Assembly: GCA_964597365.1 (NCBI GenBank) | Contig: CAZQXW010000003.1 | Span: 15,139-79,138 of the forward strand | Direction of reading: 5' to 3' | Source of the DNA: an uncultured Thermoplasmatales archaeon | GTDB lineage: Archaea; Thermoplasmatota; E2; DHVEG-1 | Length of the DNA: 64,000 bases | Shown: piece after piece, positions 46,143-56,153 of the stretch | How positions within the stretch are numbered: position 1 is the first letter of the stretch | Layout of the letters: the number at the start of each line of letters is the position of its first letter | Notes under the pieces: generated by a model | The model's database searches: none | What the model was told of the DNA's origin: nothing | Seen by the model: only the letters and a program-made list of their open reading frames with translations | Translations under genes and position numbers: made by a program

Positions 46143-47765
46143 ATGGTAAATTATATAATTGTAACAGGCGGGGTTATTTCTGGTCTAGGCAAAGGAATTA
46201 CTACCGCCAGTATAGGAAAGATTCTGCAACTTCATGGATACAATGTAACAGCGATGAAAATCGACCCATATATGAATTTTGATGCAGGGACTCTAAGACC
46301 TACAGAACATGGTGAAGTATGGGTCACAGAAGACGGTGGCGAAATAGACCAAGACCTTGGTCATTATGAAAGGTTTTTAGATGTAAATATTCCAAAATAT
46401 CACAATATTACAACAGGGCAAGTCTATAGCGCTGTAATTGAAAAAGAAAGAAAGGGAAAATATCTTGGAAAGACCGTGCAGCCTATCCCACATGTAACAG
46501 ACGAGATAAAAAGAAGAATAAGAAGGCCTGCTGAAGAAAAAAACTGGGATTTTGTCCTTGTTGAAATTGGCGGCACTGTAGGAGACTATGAAAATCAATT
46601 GTTTTTGGAAGCAGTCCGTCAGATGAAACAAGAGGGTGAAAAAGTAGCTTATGTGCATGTAACATATGTCCCAAAGCTAAATGCCCTTGGCGAAGCAAAA
46701 ACTAAGCCTACACAGCATTCTGTAAAACTTCTAAGGGAAATAGGCATTCAACCTGATTTTATTGTAACACGCTCTGAAGACCCGCTTGATAATATACGCC
46801 GTGATAAAATTGCTTTGTTTTGTAACGTTCATCCTGACGATGTTATAAGCAATGAAGATGTCGACAACATCTATGCAGTATCACTTACTTTTGAAAAACA
46901 AGACTTATGTAAAAAAGTCCTTCGTAAATTAAACCTTAGAAAAGATCATAACGATCTGGAAGGTTGGGAAAAATTCATTAAGAAAATCAGGAGAATTCAA
47001 AATACTGTAAAAATAGGCATTGTAGGAAAATACTTTGATATTGGAACAAGTCAGTTATCAGATAGTTACATAAGTGTCATAGAAGCGGTAAAACACGCTT
47101 CTTGGAATAATAGTGTGATGCCTGAGGTACATTGGCTTGATTCAAAAGAGTTTGAAAAAGATCCGGGTAAACTTTCAAAATTAGATGATCTTGATGGTGT
47201 TATCGTTCCTGGTGGCTTTGGAAAATCAGGGATTGATGGGAAAATTTCAACAATTAGATATTGTAGAGAAAATGCAATTCCATTCCTAGGTCTTTGTCTT
47301 GGAATGCAACTTGCAGTCGTAGAATTTTCAAGAAATAAATGCGGTCTTACAAAAGCTCATTCTACAGAATTTGAAAAAAATGCACCGCATCCTGTTGTTG
47401 ATTTTATTCCTGATCAAGTAAAAATACTGCAGGATTCAAGATATGGTGCAACAATGCGTCTTGGTGCATATCCTGCAGAAATTAAAAAAGGAACGATTAT
47501 ACATAAATTATACGAATCAGGAAAAGTCTCTGAGAGGCATCGCCACAGGTACGAAGTAAACCCAGAATATGTAGAAAAACTTGAGAGATGTGGTTTGGTA
47601 TTCTCAGGAAAGAGCCCTGATGGTGTGCTTATGGAGTTTATGGAACTTCCAAATCATCCTTATTATGTTGCAACACAAGCTCATCCTGAATTTAAAAGTA
47701 GACCAATGAAACCCGCACCAATGTTTAATGGTCTTATCAAAGCTGCTAAAAAAAGAAGGAGATAG
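46143..47765 (+). CDS. pyrG: CTP synthase
   Basis: YIIVTGGVISGLGKG N-terminus and C-terminal class-I glutamine amidotransferase (GLCLGMQ, His/Glu). The ORF-track TTG start at 46134 is replaced by the ATG at 46143. Confidence 0.97.
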   Translation: MVNYIIVTGGVISGLGKGITTASIGKILQLHGYNVTAMKIDPYMNFDAGTLRPTEHGEVWVTEDGGEIDQDLGHYERFLDVNIPKYHNITTGQVYSAVIEKERKGKYLGKTVQPIPHVTDEIKRRIRRPAEEKNWDFVLVEIGGTVGDYENQLFLEAVRQMKQEGEKVAYVHVTYVPKLNALGEAKTKPTQHSVKLLREIGIQPDFIVTRSEDPLDNIRRDKIALFCNVHPDDVISNEDVDNIYAVSLTFEKQDLCKKVLRKLNLRKDHNDLEGWEKFIKKIRRIQNTVKIGIVGKYFDIGTSQLSDSYISVIEAVKHASWNNSVMPEVHWLDSKEFEKDPGKLSKLDDLDGVIVPGGFGKSGIDGKISTIRYCRENAIPFLGLCLGMQLAVVEFSRNKCGLTKAHSTEFEKNAPHPVVDFIPDQVKILQDSRYGATMRLGAYPAEIKKGTIIHKLYESGKVSERHRHRYEVNPEYVEKLERCGLVFSGKSPDGVLMEFMELPNHPYYVATQAHPEFKSRPMKPAPMFNGLIKAAKKRRR

Positions 47766-47770
47766 GAAGT

Positions 47771-49858
47771 TTATTTTTTCTTTTTTTCTGGCGGTAGCGG
47801 TGGTTTTTTAATCTGAAGTCTTAGTTGGCATTTAAGACATCTTTGTGCTTCTTTTGCTGCCTCATCTTCACAAAGACATTGTTCTACTTGTTTGAAACCA
47901 GGTACTCTTTCTTTTACAGAAATTTTCGTAATCTCTGCTCTTTTTCTATCTGGAAATCCTTCATCACGGCCTATACATGGATCTGCTTCATCGTCTGGGT
48001 AAAGCTGCTGATCGATTATTCCATCTCCACCAAGATATTTGTCAATTGATTTTGCGGCAAGTCTTCCTCCTTGAACTGCCCATATTACTGTTTGTGGGCC
48101 GGTTACAAGGTCCCCACCTGCAAAAACACCTTTCTTCGAGGTTTCTTGGGTTTCTTCCTCTGCTAAAACTCGGCCTCTCTTATTTAGTTCAACGCCAAAT
48201 CCTTCAGCATCGCATCTCTGGCCGATACCAAATATAAGTCTGTCAAGATCTAAAATAAATTCAGATCCTTCTATTGGAACCGGCCTTCTTCTACCACTTG
48301 AATCAGGTTTTCCAAGTTCCATTTTAATGCATTCAACTTTTAATTTATCTTTGTCTTTAATGATTTTAGTAGGATTTGTAAGAAATAGCATCTCAACGCC
48401 TTCATCTATTGCATCTTCTACTTCGTGTGCATATGCTGGCATTTCTTTTTTGGTTCGTCTGTAGATTATTTTTACAGATTTTGCTCCTTTCCTAAGCGAA
48501 CATCTTGCGATATCTATTGCAACGTTTCCTCCGCCTACAACACCTATATCTCCTTTTAAATCAACGTTTTTTCCAAAGTTTATTTGCCTTAGTGTTTTTA
48601 TTCCATCTAGAACTCTTGGATCATCTTCTCCTTCAATGCCCATTGACCATCCTTCTGGTGCCCCCATCGCAAGATAGGTTGCGTCAAATCCTTGCTTGAA
48701 AAGTTCGTCGGTTGATTCTATCTTTGTATTGCATTTGATTTTTACACCAATGTCTTCTATTTCTTTTATCTCGCTTTCAAGTGCCTCTGGAGGTAGGCGA
48801 TAATCTGGTATTCCTGCCTTAAGCATTCCACCAGGTTTTTCTAGCATGTCAAATACTGTTACATCGTGTCCTTTAAGTTTTAAAAACCATGCTGCTGTAA
48901 GTCCCGATGGGCCTGCTCCTACAATTGCTACTTTTTTACCTGTAGGCTTTGCAATTTTAAGTTTTTCTTTCCAGGATTTATCATCGTTTTCTGCTACAAA
49001 ACGCTTTAGTTCTCTGATAGAGATTGGTTTGTTTATCTCAGTTCGTGAGCATTCATCTTCACAGGGATGATTGCAAACTAAACCGAGTGAATGAGGAAAT
49101 GGAAACTTTGATCTAATTACAGCAAGAGAGTCTTGATGTCTTCCTTCTGCAATGTATCTAACATATCTTGGAATGTCTGTTTTTGCAGGGCAGCCATGTT
49201 TGCATGGTATGAGCTTTTCTTCTCTTGTTTTTTCTTCGGTTTCTTCTTTGTCTACAAGTGCTCCCGATGGACATACCTCTACACATGCTCTGCAGAATTT
49301 GCAACCTGAGTCTTTTAATTCTGAGTCTCTTGTAGTTCCTACAACTGTGTCTATGCCTCGGTTGATAAGCCCTATTGCACCTACCCCTCGCACTTCCTGA
49401 CACATTCTTACGCATCGTCCGCAGAGAATGCATTTGTCAAGATCTCTTATGAATAGTGGGTCTTCTGAATAAATCGGCAACTCTCTTTTCTCAGGAGTGT
49501 AATTTGATAATATTTCGTTTACACCAACATAATCCACGACTTTTTTTAGATCAGAAGAAGGAGGTACATCCTTTGGATAATTTGAAAGAATAAGCCAAAT
49601 CAGGTTCTTCCTTAATTTCTGTAATTCTTTAGTATCTGTTTTTACAAACATTCCTTCAGATACTTTAGTAGTGCAAGATGTTGGAAAGCCCCTCATCTTT
49701 TCTATTTCTACAACACAAAGCCTACACGCAGCAATCGGCTTTAAGTTAGGATGATAACAAAGATTCGGAATGTATATTCCATTATCTGTTGCTGCCTCTA
49801 GGACGGTTTGGCCTTCTTTTGCATTTATTTTTTTTCCATCAATGGTTAATTTGATCAT
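47771..49858 (-). CDS. Iron-sulfur flavoprotein: N-terminal [2Fe-2S] and [4Fe-4S] (HydA/NuoG-N-terminus-like) domains fused to a glutamate-synthase-small-subunit (GltD)-like NAD(P)H:FAD oxidoreductase
   Basis: 2Fe-2S CYHPNLKPIAACRLCVVEI. 4Fe-4S CILCGRCVRMC and CKFCRACVEVCP. GltD-type Fe-S CKHGCPAKTDIP...CNHPCEDEC. FAD/NADPH Rossmann folds KKVAIVGAGPSGLTAA and DIGVVGGGNVAIDIA. Confidence 0.9.
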   Translation of the reverse strand: MIKLTIDGKKINAKEGQTVLEAATDNGIYIPNLCYHPNLKPIAACRLCVVEIEKMRGFPTSCTTKVSEGMFVKTDTKELQKLRKNLIWLILSNYPKDVPPSSDLKKVVDYVGVNEILSNYTPEKRELPIYSEDPLFIRDLDKCILCGRCVRMCQEVRGVGAIGLINRGIDTVVGTTRDSELKDSGCKFCRACVEVCPSGALVDKEETEEKTREEKLIPCKHGCPAKTDIPRYVRYIAEGRHQDSLAVIRSKFPFPHSLGLVCNHPCEDECSRTEINKPISIRELKRFVAENDDKSWKEKLKIAKPTGKKVAIVGAGPSGLTAAWFLKLKGHDVTVFDMLEKPGGMLKAGIPDYRLPPEALESEIKEIEDIGVKIKCNTKIESTDELFKQGFDATYLAMGAPEGWSMGIEGEDDPRVLDGIKTLRQINFGKNVDLKGDIGVVGGGNVAIDIARCSLRKGAKSVKIIYRRTKKEMPAYAHEVEDAIDEGVEMLFLTNPTKIIKDKDKLKVECIKMELGKPDSSGRRRPVPIEGSEFILDLDRLIFGIGQRCDAEGFGVELNKRGRVLAEEETQETSKKGVFAGGDLVTGPQTVIWAVQGGRLAAKSIDKYLGGDGIIDQQLYPDDEADPCIGRDEGFPDRKRAEITKISVKERVPGFKQVEQCLCEDEAAKEAQRCLKCQLRLQIKKPPLPPEKKKK

Positions 49859-51597
49859 TCTATCGCCATAAATTTACATGCATTTATACAGGATTTACAT
49901 TTGATGCATTTATCCTTGTCAATTTTTGCGTATTCTTTCTTTTTCCATTCGATTGCATCAACTGGGCATGCTTTGAAGCATACTCCACATTTTACACATT
50001 TATCTTCATTGACTTCAAATTTTATGAGATTTGTACAAACTGTAGCAGGGCAGTTTTTGTCTTTAATATGTGACTCGTATTCATTTGAATAGTATTTCAT
50101 GGTTGTAAGAACGGGGTTTGGTGCTGTATTTCCAAGACCACATAATGCTGTTTTTTTTATCGTATCACTCATCTCTTTTAGAAAAATGAGGTGCTCCTCT
50201 GTACCATTTCCTTCTGTAATTGTCTCAAGAATCTCATACATTCTTTTAAGACCTATTCGGCATGGAACGCATTTGCCACAGGATTCTGCAACTGTAAAGC
50301 TTAAAAAGTATCTAGCAACGTCAACCATACAGGTTTTCTGATCCATTACAACCATTCCACCAGAGCCCATTATTGCTCCAGTTTCATTTATGGATTCATA
50401 ATCAATGGGCGTATCAAATAACTTTTCAGGAAGACATCCTCCTGAGGGGCCTCCAAGTTGTACTGCTTTTATTGGTATTTTTTTGTCAAGTGCTCCTCCA
50501 CCTGCGCCTTCAAGAAGGTTTCTTATTTTTGTACCCATTGGAACTTCTACAAGCCCGGTATTTTTGATTTTTCCTGCAAGTGCAAAAACCTTTGTTCCCT
50601 TGGATTTTTTGTATCCTATGGATGAAAACCAGTCTGCACCTTTGAGTATGATATGTCTTACATTTGCAAGGGTTTCAACATTGTTTATGTTTGAAGGTTT
50701 TTCCCAAAGCCCTTTTTGTGCTGGAAACGGTGGCCTTGGATTTGGCATACCTCTCCTTCCTTCAATTGAAGCCATCAGAGCAGTTTCCTCACCGCAGACA
50801 AATGCCCCTGCTCCTTCTTTTACAATCATGTCAAAGTCAAAGCCTGAATTTTGTATGTTTTTTCCTAAGTAGCCTTTCTTTCTTGCCTGCTGCATTGCAA
50901 TATTTAATCTTTTAACTGCAAGAGGATACTCTGCACGACAATATATGTAGCCATGTGTTGCACCAATTGCATATGCTCCTATGACCATTCCTTCGATTAC
51001 TGCATGAGGGTCTCCTTCGAGGATGCTTCTATCCATAAAAGCACCGGGATCACCTTCATCAGCATTACAGATTATGTATTTTTCATCTGCCTTCGCGTCT
51101 TTTGCAAACTGCCATTTAAGCCCTGTTGAAAAACCAGCCCCGCCTCTACCACGAAGTCCTGAGTTTTTCATCTCATCGATTATCTCTTGTGGCTTCATTT
51201 TAAACGCTTTTTCAAGTGCTTTATAACCTTCCGTCTCAATGTATTCTTTAATATCCTCAGGATTGATTTCTCCGCAGTTTTTTAGAACTATTCTTTGCTG
51301 GTTTTTAAAAAAGTTTTTGTAATCTTCTCCTGCAAGTAGTTTTTCAACTGGTTTGTTTTCTATGAGGTGCTCTTTTACTATTTGTTCTACGTTTTCTGGT
51401 TTTACAAATTCATAGGTTGTTCTTTTGCCATCGATTATAATATCAACTAAAACATCTCTGAAAAGTCCTCGATCACCTACTCGTACTACTTCAAAATCGA
51501 GTTTGTTTTTCTTGACCTGGTTTTCAAAGTTATCTGCGACTTTTTCTGCTCCTGCTGAAACCCCGCTTGTACCAACGCATACTAGAACTTTGTTCAT
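49855..51597 (-). CDS. NuoF-like NAD(H)-binding FMN flavoprotein (HydB/bifurcating-type, with C-terminal 2x[4Fe-4S])
   Basis: NuoF core (GLRGRGGAGFSTGLKW, NADEGDPGAF, SCGKCVPCR). Thioredoxin-like N-terminal extension. C-terminal ferredoxin motifs CVKCGVCFKACP and CIKCKSCINAC. 4-nt overlap with the downstream gene. Confidence 0.95.
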   Translation of the reverse strand: MNKVLVCVGTSGVSAGAEKVADNFENQVKKNKLDFEVVRVGDRGLFRDVLVDIIIDGKRTTYEFVKPENVEQIVKEHLIENKPVEKLLAGEDYKNFFKNQQRIVLKNCGEINPEDIKEYIETEGYKALEKAFKMKPQEIIDEMKNSGLRGRGGAGFSTGLKWQFAKDAKADEKYIICNADEGDPGAFMDRSILEGDPHAVIEGMVIGAYAIGATHGYIYCRAEYPLAVKRLNIAMQQARKKGYLGKNIQNSGFDFDMIVKEGAGAFVCGEETALMASIEGRRGMPNPRPPFPAQKGLWEKPSNINNVETLANVRHIILKGADWFSSIGYKKSKGTKVFALAGKIKNTGLVEVPMGTKIRNLLEGAGGGALDKKIPIKAVQLGGPSGGCLPEKLFDTPIDYESINETGAIMGSGGMVVMDQKTCMVDVARYFLSFTVAESCGKCVPCRIGLKRMYEILETITEGNGTEEHLIFLKEMSDTIKKTALCGLGNTAPNPVLTTMKYYSNEYESHIKDKNCPATVCTNLIKFEVNEDKCVKCGVCFKACPVDAIEWKKKEYAKIDKDKCIKCKSCINACKFMAIE

Positions 51598-52068
51598 CTA
51601 TTTGTCCTCCTTTTTGTATTTCTTGAGCATCTCATCCATCATCTGAATTGTACAGTTTCCATAGAAATCGTCATCTACTTGGACTACGGGTGCCATCCCA
51701 CAACATCCAAGACACGCTACTCGTTCTAGTGAAAACATTCCATCCTCTGTTGTTTCACCATCTTTTATTCTAAGCTTTGTTGAAAGATAATCTAGTATTT
51801 CTTTTCCACCCATGACATGACACGCGGTTCCCTGGCAGACACGTATTGTATGTTTTCCTCTGGGCGTTAGGTAAAATTGTGTGTAAAAAGTAAGGACTCC
51901 ATAGATATCTACTGGGAAAATGTTTAATTCTTTTGCAACAAGGTCTACTGCTTCTTCAGGAACGTAACCATATTCTTCCTGAATGTCTTGCAGAAGAGGT
52001 ATTAGTACTCCTTTCTTTTTACCATGTTTTTTTATCAGCTTTTTTGTTTTAGAAAGGTCGACAGACAT
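51598..52068 (-). CDS. NuoE-like [2Fe-2S] thioredoxin-fold subunit (HydC-type)
   Basis: CQGTACHVMGG...CLGCCGMAPVV gives the NuoE 2Fe-2S ligands. 156 aa. It abuts the NuoF-like gene. Confidence 0.9.
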   Translation of the reverse strand: MSVDLSKTKKLIKKHGKKKGVLIPLLQDIQEEYGYVPEEAVDLVAKELNIFPVDIYGVLTFYTQFYLTPRGKHTIRVCQGTACHVMGGKEILDYLSTKLRIKDGETTEDGMFSLERVACLGCCGMAPVVQVDDDFYGNCTIQMMDEMLKKYKKEDK

Positions 52069-52170
52069 TTTAAATTCCTTCTGTAAATTGTAATTTTAAG
52101 GTGCTGGTTGCGTTTAACCGTTATCTTGAAATGTTTATAATAGTTTACTATCATAAAATTAGGTGTTCAA

Positions 52171-53010
52171 TTGAACTGTTTATTTGTCTCAGATTTGCAT
52201 GGTAATAAAAAAAGATACAAAAAGTTGTTTGGAATAGTTGATGAGAAAAAGCCTGATGCGGTTTTTTTTGGCGGGGATCTTTTACCAAATTCCTTTAGAA
52301 TAGATTGTGATATTGACAAGTTTTTAGAAGAGGAGTTTTTTTCAAAAGTTAAAAAATACAACGAGAAAACTCGTTTTTTCGTAATAATGGGAAATGATGA
52401 CCCACGGGTTTTCGAAAAGCATTTCATAGATGCTGATAAAAAGGGTTTAATTGAGTATGTTTCAGAAAAAACAGTAAAATTTAATGATTTATTTGTAACT
52501 GGTTATCCTTTTGTCCCTCCCACTCCTTTTCAGCTGAAAGACTGGGAAAGATATGATGTTTCTCGTTTCGTTGATGTTGGCGGAATTTCTCCTGAGGAAG
52601 GTATAAGAACAGTTGATGTTGATAAAGACCTGGTTCGTTTTTCCACTATTTCAGATGATTTGAAAAATATTGTGAAAAATGCACCTGCTGAAAAAACCAT
52701 TTTTTTATTTCATTCGCCGCCGTATAATTCAAACCTTGATCGTGCAGGTCTTGATGGGAAAATGGTGGATAGTGCTCCAATGGATGTTCATGTAGGAAGT
52801 ATTGCAATTCAGAGGTTTATTGAAAAATACCAGCCATTTTTAACTTTACATGGACATATACATGAAACTGTTAGTTTGACGGGTCAGTGGAGAGAAAAAT
52901 TTGGAAAAACAATTTCATTCACGGGCTCTTCATATGATTCAGAATTAGTAATAATTGATTTTGATACGAATAATTTAGAAAAAACAGAAAGAATGGTATT
53001 TACAATCTAG
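52171..53010 (+). CDS. Calcineurin-like metallophosphoesterase
   Basis: LFVSDLHGN, GGDLL, GNDD, and C-terminal GHIHE motifs. TTG start preceded by AGGTG. The 3' end overlaps the convergent giant gene by 4 nt. Confidence 0.8.
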   Translation: MNCLFVSDLHGNKKRYKKLFGIVDEKKPDAVFFGGDLLPNSFRIDCDIDKFLEEEFFSKVKKYNEKTRFFVIMGNDDPRVFEKHFIDADKKGLIEYVSEKTVKFNDLFVTGYPFVPPTPFQLKDWERYDVSRFVDVGGISPEEGIRTVDVDKDLVRFSTISDDLKNIVKNAPAEKTIFLFHSPPYNSNLDRAGLDGKMVDSAPMDVHVGSIAIQRFIEKYQPFLTLHGHIHETVSLTGQWREKFGKTISFTGSSYDSELVIIDFDTNNLEKTERMVFTI

Positions 53011-56000
53011 TTTTTCTTAATTTTTAACTTTTCAATTCTTGAATAAGGACTTGTTAAGTGTGTGGCCCAGCTGGTCTTGTTTTTGATGTCTTTATCTGTT
53101 ATAATGTGCACGTCGAGCAAGTTTTCTGTTTCCACGCCCGTCCTTTCTTCGTTTTCCCTTGAAAGTTTTTTCCCTTCTTCTTCAAACCACTCTAGGAGTA
53201 AGTCTTTTTCTTCATCTGTCCCTTTGAAATGAACTATTAAATCTATGTCGCTTGCCGGTCCTGCTTCGCCTGTTTTTGTACTGCCTATCAGATAAATTTC
53301 CTCTATTCCGTATGCTTCTGGATCTATTTTTTCTGCTATTTCTTCTGCTTTTTGCATTCTCCAGCTCCAGTGATCCGGGGGTTTAAGATAACCAAGTGCT
53401 TCGTTTGCATCTCCATCCATTATAATTGATAGTGTTCCTCCCTCCTCTAAATCAGATGTTTTTACAAGTTTTACCACATTTTGATATTTCTGGTATTTTG
53501 GAACTTTTTTGGGTAAGTGGTTTTTTGCATCCAAAATTTTCTTTTCGTTGAAAATTATTCCTGATTCATCAGGATAAAGTGGCAAATATTGGATATCTGC
53601 TTCCACAAGATCCTGGAAGAAATGAGTTCCAAAGGAAAGCTCTGGAGTGTATTCTCCTTTTTTCTTTGCAATTTCTACTAAAAGCGATGTGTTGTTAATA
53701 TCTCCATATTTTACTGGCACACCTAATTTCATATCTCCTCTACTACCCCATCGACCAGGACCCATAAGGATGAATCTTCTTCTCGGCAGTTCCTGGTTTA
53801 GATGGTTTATTATTTTGGCAATTTTTTGCATTTCTTCACGTGATTCTAATTTTGAGTATTCTTCTGGTGAGACGTATACGATGTAGCATATGTTTTCTAT
53901 CTGACTTGTTGTAACATATTTGTTTGATGAAAATATTTTTCTCTGATTAGGTATATTTTTTGGAACTGGTTTTCTCTCTATTCCTCTACCTTGACTCTGT
54001 GGTCTGCATTGTAGGAAATATAGTTCTTTTCCGTCTGATGCGAATTCTACATCTACAGGTGTTCCTATTTTTTGTTCCAAAATATTTAGAATTTTTTTCA
54101 TTTTCTTGAGAAAATCTGTTTTAGAAAAAAGATTTTCAAATGTTATTACAAAATCTTCGTTGCTAATATCTGTTAAAATATTTGGCTGTGATAATGTACC
54201 ATCTTTGTAGATTGAAATTATTCTATCTATTTTTGGGATTTCGTCTGAGTGTTTTTTGAAAAAATCAATTGCATCAACTGTTTCTATTGCTCTTGTTTTT
54301 AGGTTTATTAAATCCATATAACGTGGGGAGTATTGTACTCTTTCAGCTGCAAGTGTATTTACTCTAAGATTTGGCCTCATCGGGGATATTAGTATAGGAT
54401 AATCATTTCCAACCCGATCTACTGCACGTGTGCCAAGACCTGGAACTAGCCTTATTATTCCATCTTCTCTTCTTACCCTTGGGGACCAGCGAAATTCGCT
54501 TCTACTGAATGCAACGCCTGCGTATGCTGGTAGATAATAATGACCGATTTTTCTCCCTACTACTTGCTGAATTAGAATGCCCATTTCTTCACTGAAGTCA
54601 AGGAGCCCTCTTTCTCTTCTGTATTCAATAGGATCTGGGCCAAAAGTAGAAGCATATACTTCAGATATTGCATCCATGAGACTATAAAGTCTTTCATCTT
54701 CGCTTCCTGTATTTGGAACGAAAAGGCTTTTATATTTTCCCGAGAAGGCTGCTCCAAAACTATCTTCTAAAAGGCTTGATGATCTTATAATTATGGGGCT
54801 TCCTTCCAAATCTCTTATTATTCTTCTAAAACCTTCTACTATCTCATGTGGAAATGTCGCATTTTTAAAGACTTGTTCTAAAAATGGCTGATCTTTGCTT
54901 ATCTGATCTGGTTCTAAATATTTTATATGAAATGCTTCATCAAGATCGTTATAATGAATGAATTCGCGTAGTGTATCTGATGTTACATACCAGCTCTTTG
55001 GAACGGTTATGTCTTTTAATGTATCATCACTTTCTTTTGCTTCTTCAAGTATTTTTTCAGCAAGAAATACTCCGCTTGTTTTTCCTCCAAATTTACCTGG
55101 GCCTTGAGTTGGGCCTACAACATTACCTAAAAGACTTACAAAATCAGATAGTTTTATGAAGTGTTTTGCAACATTTACATATTCAAGTCTGTCTGTGAAA
55201 AATCTTCTGATAAGCGCAGTTCTAATTGTTGTTTTATCCTCAGGAGATAGTGTTTTTTCTACATCTTCATTTTCAAAGAATCTATTTAGTTCCTCTGTTA
55301 TTTCTGAGAGAGGCATCCCTGGTTTCTGAGATGTTAAAAGAAGTGGTCTTGCTTTGTCTTGTTTGAGCCAGACCTGAAACATTTTTGAGATTTCTTCATC
55401 TGTAAGGGTTTCCTTGGCCATTTCAAATATTTGTTTTTGAATGTGTTTGAGCGATTCTAAATCCTGACGTGGATTGGGCATGTTAATTCCACACCATTGG
55501 CTGTCTGCTGCATTTCTATCAACAGGGCATATGCTCCCCAATAGCATTGTTATTCTTTCATTTTCATACCTGTATAGATAATAAACCATTTTACGAGTTA
55601 TTCTCAGAAGGGTTCTAGGATCTGTTTTTAATAAAAGATCTATTATTACTTCCCAGTCTTTTTTTGTTTCTTCTAAAATGGGTTCGCCAGTAAGTGTTTT
55701 CTGAAATTTAGTGAGTTTTTTCCTCTGTGCTTCAAGTTCTTGTTTTATCGCGCTTTCACTTACATAATTTCCAAGTAGATCTGCTATTGCATCTATGAGT
55801 CGTCTTTCATCTATCAAGAAAGGCCCTTCATCAATCTCAGGTTTTTCTTCCAGGTAAAAAACTTCCAGACTTCCTACTTTTTTGTCATCTGAGATTATGT
55901 TGCTTACCTGACTCCATTTGGTGATTTTGAAATTTTTAGTCCTATGTTCCTTGCCATCTATCGTAATTCTAGCACATGTGATTTCAGGATACTGCCATGC

Positions 56001-56153
56001 CGGAGGGATTAATTCGAGTATTTTTTGTATTGAATCCTGGAAAGAAATAGACTTATCCTTTACTATATCTGTTAAATTGTATAGACAATTTAGCTCCTTT
56101 ACTCGCTCTTTTAAGGCATCTATACCTTGGTTGCCATTCTTTGCTTTTGTCAT
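53007..56153 (-). CDS. Giant multidomain protein (1048 aa): GAF-like N-terminus, PPDK_N-type ATP-grasp nucleotide-binding domain (PEP synthase/PPDK N-terminal family), His-less swivel-like segment, C-terminal minimal nucleotidyltransferase (MNT)
   Basis: PPDK_N hallmarks KFGGKTSGVFLAEKIL...ITVPKSWYVTSDTLREF, IIIRSSSLLEDSFGAAFSGKYKSLFVPN and EFASDGKELYFLQCRPQ. Downstream block FILMGPGRWGSRGDMKLGVPV...FGTHFFQDL is shared with the neighbouring protein. C-terminal NTase motif IYLIGSTKTGEAGPASDIDLIVHF (GS-x9-DxD). N-terminal LKERVKELNCLYNLTDIV is a GAF-type preface. Confidence 0.85.
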   Translation of the reverse strand: MTKAKNGNQGIDALKERVKELNCLYNLTDIVKDKSISFQDSIQKILELIPPAWQYPEITCARITIDGKEHRTKNFKITKWSQVSNIISDDKKVGSLEVFYLEEKPEIDEGPFLIDERRLIDAIADLLGNYVSESAIKQELEAQRKKLTKFQKTLTGEPILEETKKDWEVIIDLLLKTDPRTLLRITRKMVYYLYRYENERITMLLGSICPVDRNAADSQWCGINMPNPRQDLESLKHIQKQIFEMAKETLTDEEISKMFQVWLKQDKARPLLLTSQKPGMPLSEITEELNRFFENEDVEKTLSPEDKTTIRTALIRRFFTDRLEYVNVAKHFIKLSDFVSLLGNVVGPTQGPGKFGGKTSGVFLAEKILEEAKESDDTLKDITVPKSWYVTSDTLREFIHYNDLDEAFHIKYLEPDQISKDQPFLEQVFKNATFPHEIVEGFRRIIRDLEGSPIIIRSSSLLEDSFGAAFSGKYKSLFVPNTGSEDERLYSLMDAISEVYASTFGPDPIEYRRERGLLDFSEEMGILIQQVVGRKIGHYYLPAYAGVAFSRSEFRWSPRVRREDGIIRLVPGLGTRAVDRVGNDYPILISPMRPNLRVNTLAAERVQYSPRYMDLINLKTRAIETVDAIDFFKKHSDEIPKIDRIISIYKDGTLSQPNILTDISNEDFVITFENLFSKTDFLKKMKKILNILEQKIGTPVDVEFASDGKELYFLQCRPQSQGRGIERKPVPKNIPNQRKIFSSNKYVTTSQIENICYIVYVSPEEYSKLESREEMQKIAKIINHLNQELPRRRFILMGPGRWGSRGDMKLGVPVKYGDINNTSLLVEIAKKKGEYTPELSFGTHFFQDLVEADIQYLPLYPDESGIIFNEKKILDAKNHLPKKVPKYQKYQNVVKLVKTSDLEEGGTLSIIMDGDANEALGYLKPPDHWSWRMQKAEEIAEKIDPEAYGIEEIYLIGSTKTGEAGPASDIDLIVHFKGTDEEKDLLLEWFEEEGKKLSRENEERTGVETENLLDVHIITDKDIKNKTSWATHLTSPYSRIEKLKIKKN

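Noticed and set aside
50405-50872. 155-aa plus-strand ORF inside the NuoF-like gene
   Set aside because: It is antisense to a conserved flavoprotein gene. It is Pro/Ser-rich, as expected from antisense translation of Gly/Glu codons.
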